In this document: piece after piece, positions 1 through 10,000 of the stretch
How positions within the stretch are numbered: position 1 is the stretch's first letter
Layout of the letters: every line of letters begins with the position of its first letter
From: an uncultured Cyclobacterium sp.
GTDB taxonomy: Bacteria; Bacteroidota; Bacteroidia; Cytophagales; Cyclobacteriaceae
Direction of reading: 5' to 3'
DNA: 64,000 nucleotides
NCBI RefSeq assembly: GCF_963977555.1
Contig: NZ_CAXBPD010000021.1
Span: 19,195-83,194 of the forward strand
Made by a program: the position numbers and the translations under genes
The notes under the pieces: generated by a model
The model's input: only the letters and a program-made list of their open reading frames with translations
Databases searched by the model: none
Told to the model about the DNA's origin: nothing

Positions 1-503
1 ATTCTTCTTATTAAAAAGCCCAATATCGGAAAAAATTCCTCCAAATGGTTTTTGATGAAATAATTCTGTGTTTTAACGCTTTCTGTATAATGTAATACTG
101 TTTTTAGCACATAATAAATTGCAAATGTGAAGCTTACAGCAGCAAAGCCAATATAAATTGAAATAAACTGTTTCAAAACTTCATAACAACATTAAGGAAG
201 AGTGGCGAAACCTTCATAAAGACGTATATTCTCATGACCACAATATTATCCATAAAATTAACCACCTAAATAGGATCAAAAGACTGGTTTTTATTTGGCT
301 TTGCTTAATTGGAAGCCATTCATTTTTGCTTGATAAAATAAGGATTGAAAACAGTTGAAGTCCTAGGAAAACCTGACTAAATCCAAACGTGTAAACTTCC
401 GAAGAATCACTATTTTAGTCGATTGCAAAAAGAATTGATAAATTATAAGTAAATTAATCATCCTATTCGCATTGAACTTTTATTCGAGACAATCCATGAA
501 ATT

Positions 504-1052
504 ATGACAATAGCAATCGTGGCGATTGGCGTTTTGCTTGCATTTATAATGCTAACCTACAATAAGCTCGTCCGCCTAAATAATAATGCCAAAGAAGGAT
601 GGAGTGGTATAGATGTGCAGCTAAAACGAAGAGCTGATTTGGTGCCCAACCTTGTGACTACCGTAAAAATTTATGCCAAACATGAGCAGCAATTACTAGA
701 GGAAATAACAGCCCTTAGAAGCAAAACCAGAGCGAATCAATCCATGACAGATACTTCTAAAACTGCCGCAGATTTAGGCAATTCCTTAAAAAAGCTCATG
801 GTAGTAGCAGAAGCTTATCCTGAACTCAAAGCAGATAAAAATTTCCTAGAATTGCAGCAACAACTCTCAGAGATCGAGAATTACCTTCAAAAATCCAGAA
901 GGTATTATAATGGTACAGTGAGAGAACTCAATATAAAGGTTGAATCCATTCCCTCCAATATCGTTGCCAAAGCCTTTGGTTTCAATAAGCTTGAATTTTT
1001 TACAATTTCTGATGAAGCTGATCGGACACTTCCTGAACTAAACTTTAAATAA
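504..1052 (+). CDS. lemA: LemA family protein
   Basis: N-terminal TM anchor, YNKLV..WSGIDVQLKRRADLVPNLV and AEAYPELKA..RRYYN motifs typical of LemA. Confidence 0.95.
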   Translation: MTIAIVAIGVLLAFIMLTYNKLVRLNNNAKEGWSGIDVQLKRRADLVPNLVTTVKIYAKHEQQLLEEITALRSKTRANQSMTDTSKTAADLGNSLKKLMVVAEAYPELKADKNFLELQQQLSEIENYLQKSRRYYNGTVRELNIKVESIPSNIVAKAFGFNKLEFFTISDEADRTLPELNFK

Positions 1053-2978
1053 ATGCGAGGGTTTTATTTAATTCTTGTGCTACTCCTACTTTCAAGCAGT
1101 CTTTGCGCGATTGCTCAAGAGGAAGAGCTTATCCTCAATTACCACAGTGAGATAACTGTACAGCTGGATGGCTCCTTAAATGTGACGGAGAACATCAAAG
1201 TCAGAAGTTTGGGCCATGATATTAACAGGGGGATTTTCAGAAGCTTTCCTGTGAGGTATCGAGACAAGTATAACAATCAAATAACGGTAGGATTCAAAGT
1301 CCTTGGCGTAAAGAAAAACGGTATCAATGAGCCCTATAAAGTGATCCGTCAAGGGGACTTCGAAGTCATTAGAATCGGTGATGAGCATACTATTTTGGAA
1401 CCTGGGATTTATAGTTATTCAATTTCTTACGAAACCAATCGGCAAATTGGCTTTTTCAAAGACTTCGATGAGCTCTATTGGAATGCTATTGGTTCTGAAT
1501 GGAGTTTCAAAATACTTGAAGCAAGTGCTCGAATCACGCTTCCTCCGGGTGGAATTATGGGACAGTATGCGGCTTATTCAGGAAAATCAGGTAACTCCGA
1601 TTGCGACTGTATTATAGAAAAGGAATCAGAAAGTGCACTTTTTGTAAAAGTTAATGATAACCTATTACCTGGTGAAGGCCTTACGATCGCTACTTCTTGG
1701 CAAAAAGGGATAATAACTCCACCAACCCAAACGGATAAAACCAAAACCTTTTTCAGAGACAATGCTGGGATTTTTTATCTTGCAATTGGATTTATACTTG
1801 CCTTAGTTTATTATTTTTATGCCTGGAACAGGGTTGGGCGTGATCCGCATAAAGGAGGCATTTACCCTCAGTTTGACCCTCCTAATGGTTTGGATGCTGC
1901 CTCCATGCGTTACTTGTATAAAATGAGTTTTGACACGCAAACTTATGTTGCCGCTATTGTAGAAATGGCCACCAAAGGTTGGTTAAAGATTATAGAAGAA
2001 AAAAAGAAAAAATTTAATTTAGAAAAAACGGCAGCGAATATTGAAACACCCAATACAGGGTACCTTATAGTATTACAGAAACTTTTCCCCTTAGGGCTTC
2101 AAGAAATTAGCCTTGAACAAAAAGAACACAAGAAAATAGGAGGAGCTATGCGTGGCTTGCAACAGGATTTGTACGCCAGACTTCATGGCGCTTATTTTAA
2201 AAACAATTATTTATGGGCAATTCCGGGATTTTTAATTTCTGTTTTAAGTTTACTGCTTGCGATCAAATACACCTTTCCCAATTTATTAGAGATCGAAAAA
2301 ACAATGCTTATCTTAGGGTTGGTCATTTGTTTCTTTCTCACTATTTTATTGGGTAAAATTTTTGACACCTTACTTGAATATCAAGATAAAGGCCATATAA
2401 AAACGAGTACTCTCCTGGTCGAAGGTATTCTCCTGTTGATCATTGTTGGATTGCCAGCTTATGTCGTTTACTATTTTAACCTCAGCCCAGCCTTTGGATT
2501 CCTCTTCTTTTTTATTTTACTAGGAATTGTGAATGCTATATTTATTCAATTGATGAATGCACCTACAGTGTCAGGAAGAAAAATTATGGACGAGATAGAA
2601 GGTTTTAGAATGTACCTCAATGCCGCCGAAAAACCTTTGTTGGAAACCTATAATCCTCCAGGCATCACTCCAGAGATTTTTGAAAAACTCCTCCCATTTG
2701 CGATCGCTTTGGAGGTAGGTGAAGCTTGGGGGAAGGCCTTTGAGAGAAAGCTCGAATCTCTAGGAGAAGACCAAAACAATCGCTCATACTATCGTCCAAT
2801 CTGGTATACAGGTTCTGCATTTACAGCCGGATCTATGGTCGGGTTTTCTGACAATTTGAACAGTTCTTTTGGATCTGCACTTGCTACTTCATCCAGCCCT
2901 CCGGGAGGTTCTTCGGGAAGTGGTGGCGGTGGCAGTGCAGGAGGCGGCGGCGGAGGTGGTGGAGGCGGTGGCTGGTAA
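1053..2978 (+). CDS. DUF2207 family predicted membrane protein with Gly-rich C-terminal tail
   Basis: Signal peptide, ELYWNAIG motif, several TM segments, EKLLPFAIAL, terminal GGGGGGGGGGGW; abuts lemA, the usual partner. Confidence 0.9.
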   Translation: MRGFYLILVLLLLSSSLCAIAQEEELILNYHSEITVQLDGSLNVTENIKVRSLGHDINRGIFRSFPVRYRDKYNNQITVGFKVLGVKKNGINEPYKVIRQGDFEVIRIGDEHTILEPGIYSYSISYETNRQIGFFKDFDELYWNAIGSEWSFKILEASARITLPPGGIMGQYAAYSGKSGNSDCDCIIEKESESALFVKVNDNLLPGEGLTIATSWQKGIITPPTQTDKTKTFFRDNAGIFYLAIGFILALVYYFYAWNRVGRDPHKGGIYPQFDPPNGLDAASMRYLYKMSFDTQTYVAAIVEMATKGWLKIIEEKKKKFNLEKTAANIETPNTGYLIVLQKLFPLGLQEISLEQKEHKKIGGAMRGLQQDLYARLHGAYFKNNYLWAIPGFLISVLSLLLAIKYTFPNLLEIEKTMLILGLVICFFLTILLGKIFDTLLEYQDKGHIKTSTLLVEGILLLIIVGLPAYVVYYFNLSPAFGFLFFFILLGIVNAIFIQLMNAPTVSGRKIMDEIEGFRMYLNAAEKPLLETYNPPGITPEIFEKLLPFAIALEVGEAWGKAFERKLESLGEDQNNRSYYRPIWYTGSAFTAGSMVGFSDNLNSSFGSALATSSSPPGGSSGSGGGGSAGGGGGGGGGGGW

Positions 2979-2981
2979 CAC

Positions 2982-3012
2982 AAAAGCCTCTGAGACAATC
3001 CCAGAGGCTTTT
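2982..3012. terminator. Bidirectional intrinsic terminator
   Basis: aaaagcctctg-agacaatcc-cagaggctttt inverted repeat between convergent genes. Confidence 0.8.
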
Positions 3013-3035
3013 TATGCTATAAAAAAAATTTGCGG

Positions 3036-4025
3036 TTATTCCTGTACTAAAACCGCTTTCATCGCATTAATGTAAGCAGGCTCCGGCACTGTTTTTTGCT
3101 GAACCAACATTACAAAATGGTCTGCCAAAATTTCTTCGGGGTGTAAGGTGTAATCAGTATTGTCTCCTATTTTTTCCTTCAGATCAGTAGCCGCTCCAAA
3201 ATTTTTCAATACCGGCATGTTGTCTACCAGCGTAGCCTTTTTGTCATTGGCTCCTCCCTCTACAAACATCAGTCTCTGCTTAATATAAGTAAAGAAAGAA
3301 CCACCGTCCCAAGCTTCCTCGGCAATGAGAATGAATACTACTTCTTGTGTAGCGCCCTCAATTTCAAGGTTAATGGTATGCTCAAGAAAAGGGGCATCAG
3401 GATTGGTAATTACCAAATCACGTATCCCTTCTGGATAAACAATTCGATTGCTTTTATTGAAATTAATGGTTTCAAAAAGAGCTGTTCTTTTTTCCTCACT
3501 GTGACGGGTCAGGATGTGAAACAATTCATGGATAAGAAAGGCTTCACTCGCCAAGCCCTTGACTACGATATAATTTTCTCGGGTATAGCTGGTCGCACCC
3601 CCTTCTTCATCTAAGGTGGATTTAATTAAAAGAATCTCTTCTGGGAATTCCAACTTTAATCCCAAGGCGTCAATTTTATCTTTTATCCCTAGAATCCGAG
3701 CTTCTAAAACCGTTTTTTCCTCGTCCGTCCAGGCTTGGGCCTGATTGGATGCAAAAGTTAGGTAATCTTGCTCTTGGGTACTGTTTTTATTCTTGGTCCT
3801 GGAAGCAAGATCAAACTTGGTCAATGCCTTGGTATAGGAATCAGAGGTACCAAGCTTCTCTGCGGCTTCTTCTTTCGGGGTGAAAACAATTGAGGTATTT
3901 TCGTCTATGGAAACCACAATTTCAGGATCTCTAGGTTCCTTGCCTGGCTCTTTTTTAGGTTCTGGATCATCTACCGTGCAGGCCATTGCCAGAAGAAGGA
4001 ATGGGAATATGATTAGCTTTTTCAT
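3036..4025 (-). CDS. Hypothetical lipoprotein with HEXXH zinc-peptidase-like motif
   Basis: Lipobox LAMAC; LIHELFH motif and a downstream HPEEILAD Glu motif; 23 bp downstream of the NRPS on the same strand. Confidence 0.7.
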   Translation of the reverse strand: MKKLIIFPFLLLAMACTVDDPEPKKEPGKEPRDPEIVVSIDENTSIVFTPKEEAAEKLGTSDSYTKALTKFDLASRTKNKNSTQEQDYLTFASNQAQAWTDEEKTVLEARILGIKDKIDALGLKLEFPEEILLIKSTLDEEGGATSYTRENYIVVKGLASEAFLIHELFHILTRHSEEKRTALFETINFNKSNRIVYPEGIRDLVITNPDAPFLEHTINLEIEGATQEVVFILIAEEAWDGGSFFTYIKQRLMFVEGGANDKKATLVDNMPVLKNFGAATDLKEKIGDNTDYTLHPEEILADHFVMLVQQKTVPEPAYINAMKAVLVQE

Positions 4026-4048
4026 TGATTGTTTATTAATAAATAGGG

Positions 4049-7000
4049 TTAAATTTTACTTTCTCGATCCAATAGCTGTTGTAGCAAACTGGCAAATAAG
4101 GTATCATTGGGGGGAGATATCATCGAACTATGTTCGCCTTCTGTCTCCCACACATTTAATTTCTCAACATATGGTTTCCAACCAAAATTCTCTTTATCCG
4201 GAAGGTATCCTGAAGCAATCCTTGCCTTGATCAAATCTACTTCACCGTTGTAATAACTGATTTCGTATTCCTTGCATGCCTCCTTATAAACGTATTCCAC
4301 TCGCTTATAGGTTTTAAGCAAGGAAGATTCTGCCTTCTCTTCTTCGGGGCGGTACCAATTTTGTACCTTTTGAAATTTCTTCCTCCATGAAGCTTTTTTA
4401 ATGCGCTTAAATATGGCTGGATGCTTGAGCAATAATTCTACATCAAACTTCCTCTTTCCATACACATGCCTCAAATTATTGATTAAGCGCTTCTTGAAAC
4501 TTTTATCGCGATCACTTTGGAAAGCGTAGGTGTCGAACAACACCAATTTTTCTACCACTTTCCCCATTTTCACCAGTTGGATAGCCATCTCGTAGGCTAT
4601 AATTCCCCCTAGCGAATATCCTGCCAAAAAATAAGGCCCTTGGGGGTTTTGTTGAAGTACTTCTTCAAGGTATTGGGAAGCAATGGCCTCAACAGTATGT
4701 AAAGGTTGCTCCACACCATCAAGCCCTTTAGCTTGAATCCCAAAAACAGGCTGTTCTCTATCCATCTCTCTGGCCACTGCATAAAAGGGCATAATATTCA
4801 AACCACCTCCATGTACAATGTACAAGGGTGGCTTGGTACCTGATTTTTTAATGGCGACCAAACATTTCCATTCGCTATTTCCCAAAACACCACTTTTAAT
4901 GGCCTGAGAGAGCTTCTGAATGGTAGGATATTTAAACAACACGGACAAAGGCAATCGAATCCCGTAAACTTTTTCCAATTGAACCATCACCTTCACCGCT
5001 ATGAGAGAGTGACCGCCTATTTCGAAAAAATTATCATTCTTATCTATCAAAGGTAGGCCAAGGGCTTTTTTCCAGATATCTGCTACCAACCTTTCATGAG
5101 GATCCAAAACAAACCCTTCCCCTTCGGACAATGGTGTCAGCCTCTCGGGATCGGGAAGACCCTTACGATTCACTTTGCCATTCTCCAATAAAGCAAAAGT
5201 TTTCAACCAAAGAAAATCCCTTGGAATCATGTAATTTGCTAAGGTAAGTCCCAGTTGGTCTTTCCAGATTCTGACCTGATCGGGCTCAAGGTATTGCCAT
5301 TCCTGATCGTTAAACGAACCTTTTTGAAATTGAGTAATGTATGCTTTTAGATATGCCTCTCCATTACTATCTTTCCTTACCAGAACGATGGCATCGCTTA
5401 CTCCTTCTAATTGCCTGATCTCGCTCTCCACCTCAGCCAATTCTATCCGGTATCCACGGATTTTAACCTGATGGTCTATGCGACCACTTACTACCAGTTC
5501 ATCCGAACGGTTGATCCAACCTAAATCCCCGGATTTAAACATCAGGTATTTGCCACCGCCCTCATTCCTGTTTTTCAAAAACCTTTCTTGGGTAAGTGCT
5601 GGTCTGTTCAAATAACCCCTGCCAACTCCATGTCCTGAAATAAAAATTTCTCCTTTTCTCCCTTTTTGAACTGGGTCACCATCTTTATTCAAAATGAGAA
5701 TTTGAGTGTTTAATACCGGCTTCCCAACCGTGATTTCAGAATCTGTTGAATGAATGCGTTTGATGTTGGAATAAACCGTGGTTTCAGTAGGCCCATAAAC
5801 ATTCCATAATTCTTCTCCAAGTGTTAGTAAGCGAAAGGCCAACTTTTTCTCCAAGGGTTCACCTCCGCTAATCATCCTCAACCCCTCAAACCTCTGGGTC
5901 CAGCCTCCCTCCAACAACATTTTCCAATGAGAAGGAGTAGCAAACATGATGGTTATTTCTCTTTTTTCCAGTTCCCCAATGATTGCTCGAGGTTCTTTGC
6001 ATTGCTCCTTGTCCAGGATCACAATCTGTGCACCATAAGCCAAGGAGACCAAGGTTTCCAGAAGGGCGATATCAAAAGAAACCGAACTCACGGCCAAAAC
6101 TTTATCCTCTTCCGAAACACCTGGTTTTTCCCTAACAACCGATACAAAGTTGAACAGGTTGAGGTGTTCCAATATCACCCCTTTGGGTTTACCAGTAGTA
6201 CCTGAGGTATAAATTATATAGGCAGGATCCTCAGCAAGGGGATTTATGGACAAATTATGCTCGGAATAATTTTCGCAATTGTCTATAAAATCCTCCCACA
6301 CAACTTTTTCTGCCTTGGTTTTTAGGTTTTCTTTTGTTTCAGAAGCAGCTATAAAAAACTTACAAGAATCATCGAGTATGTACTCAATCCGCTGCCTTGG
6401 ATAATCGGTATCCAGCGGTAAATAAGCCCCTCCAGCCTTAAGAATTCCCAAAATACTTATGAGAAATTCCGGAGACCTATCCAATACTATCCCTACTATT
6501 TGACCTTTTTTGAGACCTTTTCTCAATAAATGACCAGCCAATTGATTGGCCTTACCATTAAGGTCCTTGTAGGACACTTGCCTGTCTCTATAAAGCAGCG
6601 CAGCCTTGCTTTCATGCTTGTTTACCGCAGCTTCTATAAGCCTTTGGATGGGAGTGTATTTGCCACGAATTACGCTATCCTCTTCAATCATTCCAATACC
6701 CTTAAAAGTTGGGTTAGGAATTAACGAAGAAAGTTTTTGGTTTGGATCTGCCAGTGCTGCTTCCAGGAGCTGCTGGTATTGGGAGGCCAGTGATTTGATT
6801 CTGCTTACATCAAAAAGGTCTTTGGCATATTCTATCCTAATTCGATTTCCATCAGCGGTTTCTTTCGCTATAAAAGTAAGGTCAAATTTAGAGGTATTTT
6901 GAGAAATGGGCATCACCTCCATAGACAACCCCTCTGCTTTGTAAAAGACCTCTTTGTCAAATTCCATGACAAACATTACTTGAAACAATGGGTTTTCACC

Positions 7001-10000
7001 AAATCGCCTATTTTGAGCGCTTGCTGCAACAATTTTTTCAAAAGGAACATCCTGGTGATCGAAAGCTTCCAAGGTGTTTTTCTTTACCTCCAAAAGTATT
7101 TCTTTAAACGAATCCTCCGGTTTCAAAATACTACGAATTGGCAAAGGATTTACAAAATACCCAATAAGAGGCTCTGCCTCCACTTGTTTTCTTAGCCCCA
7201 TTGCTGTACCGACACACAGATCCTCCTGCCCGCTGCTTCTTCCTATTAGGGATTTAAATGCAGCCAGTAAAATTATAAAAGGGGAGATGCCAAGCTGCTG
7301 CCCAAGGTTCAGCATTCTGTTATTTTGTCTTGGATCGATAATGAAATCAAAGGTTTCGCCTTTATGCGATCTCTGTTTAAAACTTTCTCCTTCCCCTAAT
7401 AAATTCAAAGGCTTAATTCCATCCAGTTTGCTTTTCCAGTAAACCAATTTTTCTTCCAGAACATCGGCAGTGAGTAGGTCTCTTTGCCACAATGCATAAT
7501 CTGTGTATTGAATTTTTAAATGGGGTAAAAACAAACTTTCCCCTGATTTTTCAGCGTTTACCAGGGCAAAAAGTTCTTTGATGAAAACAGGTATTGACCA
7601 CCCGTCAAAAGCAATATGGTGAACAATGACTAGCAAAAGGCATTCATCGGAACCTATAGGATACAGTTTGGCCCGAATCATAAAATCCTTTTCTAAATCA
7701 AAGGGTCTTTCTAATAATTCAGCTATGTCTTCATCAGGAAAGTTTGAATGAGAATAATTTATATCTTCTGAGGCTTCGCTCAGCTCCCAACCCAAAACAG
7801 GCATTATTTGCTGAGAAGCTTCTTCACCCTTTTCCTTTATAACTGTTCTTAGTACTTCGTGGCGCTCCAAAATACTTTGAATCGCTTCTTGCAAAATTAA
7901 CCTTCTGCTTTCTCCCTTTATTTTCAAAAGCACAGGAACATGGTATTGGCTGGATCCTTCCAACTTATCAATAAGCCAAAGGCTTTCCTGACCATATGAG
8001 AGCGGTATGAATGCTGGCCTGGGTCTGAAGGGCAGGATACGGGAAATTTCTGTTTCTTTTTGCTCTTTATGCTGGATAATACTGGCAATACCAGAAACAG
8101 TGGGATTTGAAAACAATTCGCTGATACTAATTTCTACTCCAATGGACTCCTTAATTTTTCCAACCATTTTGATAGCTAAAAGGGAATTTCCTCCGGATAA
8201 GAAGAAGTCATCTTTGATGCCTGGCTTGTCAGAGTGTATTACTTTCCTCCATAGGTCCAGCAATTGGCTTTCCAACAAAGTAGTTGGAGCCTCAAACCCA
8301 TCACCTTCAAGCGCTAGCACAACTGCGCTTTCCAGCTTTTTCCGGTCAATTTTTCCATTTGGAGTTAGTGGCAATTTATCCAACCGTTCTAACCGGGAAG
8401 GCACCATAAACGGCGGGACAATATTTTTCATATTGTCTACTAATCTCTTTTTATCCAGGCTTTTATCTCCAGTCACAAATGCAGCCAAAACCTTCTCTCC
8501 TGAGGAACTGTTTTGAAGGACTACTACCGCATTTTCCACCCCTTCCAGCGATTCCAATATGGCAGAAACCTCATCCAACTCTATTCTGTATCCATTCAAC
8601 TTGACCTGATTGTCCAACCTCCCTAAAAAGTCAATGCTACCGTCCTCACACCATAAGCCCAGATCACCCGTTTGGTAAAGGAGATTTCCATCTCCCTCAG
8701 CCAGTGGATTTAAAATGAATTTTTCGGCTGTTAATTCAGGTCGGTTCAAGTATCCAGCTGCCAGTCCTTTCCCCCCTAGGTAGATTTCTCCAGGAATACC
8801 AACCGGGCAAGGCATCCGATCGGGATTCAAGATATAGGCAAAACTTCCCGCTATTGGTCGACCAATAGACAATGACCTTCCAGAAGTTAGTTTCACACAT
8901 GTGGAATAAGTGGTGTCTTCAGTAGGCCCGTAGAGGTTTCTCACTGTCATTCTTCTTAAATCCAACCGATCTGTAAGCTGGGTCGGTATGGGCTCCCCGG
9001 CCATGTTCAGAAGGCTGACATTTGACAAGTCAACTTTTGCCTCTACTAATTTCTGCACCAGACTAGGTACGGTATTGATCAAAACACGCTCATCGCGGTG
9101 TAAGTATTCAGGAATTTGAAGTCCATTTTGAAGAATCCGCGTAGTTTTGCCATATGCCAATGGGAAAAACAGTTCAAATATTGAAAGGTCAAAACATATG
9201 GAGGTAGCCGCATACATTAAACCAAAGCTATTGGGACTAAATTCCTTACCACACCAATCCAGAAATGCAGCCAAGTTGCCATGTGTAAGGTTTACCCCTT
9301 TGGGTTTACCTGTGCTTCCGGAAGTATATATTAGGTAAGCGCTTTCCTTCGCGGAGATTAAAAGAGGCTCTTGGTCATTTTCTGAATTATCGACAAATGC
9401 TTCAGATAACAAAATTACTTTTCTCCTTTCAGGCAGTTCTGGAATATTGCCGGAATCAGTATCTGTTACTATATAATAGGCATTGCAATCTGCCAATATA
9501 AAGGCAATTCTTTCTTTTGGATAACTTAGATCAACAGGCACATAAGCCGCACCTGCTTTCCATATACCCAGCATTGCAGCGACCATGTCCATTCCCCTTT
9601 GTACCAAAAGAACCACATGATCCCCTCTTTTCACGCCTTCCCTTCTCAAAGTGCCGGCAAACTGATTTGCCCGATGCTCCAAATCACTAAAGCCAAGGTG
9701 ATTTTCTCCCAACAACAGTGCTGGTGCATTTCCTAAGAGGCTTACCTGCTCTTTAAACCGCTCAAAAAAACTTTGGTAAATTTCTTCTTTTTTGTATACT
9801 TTCCTTCCTGAGAGCTCATCAATCTCCTTATTCGAAAGCAAAGCTATTTCTTTCAAAGGTTTACCGACATTCTTTGGCAGCTCCTGCATCAGTCGCTTAA
9901 AATGAGTAAACATCCTTTGCATCCTATCAGGAACAAATAAATCTAGGTCATACTCAATGGTGCCGTTAATGCCATTATTATCTCCTGAAAGTGTGAAAGT

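Noticed and set aside
1-176. Possible partial minus-strand CDS (TTG start, LKQFISIYIGFAAVSF...) running off the window
   Set aside because: Under 60 codons visible, weak start and no motif; cannot be supported
2789-2998. Poly-proline ORF on the minus strand
   Set aside because: Antisense shadow of the poly-Gly tail of DUF2207
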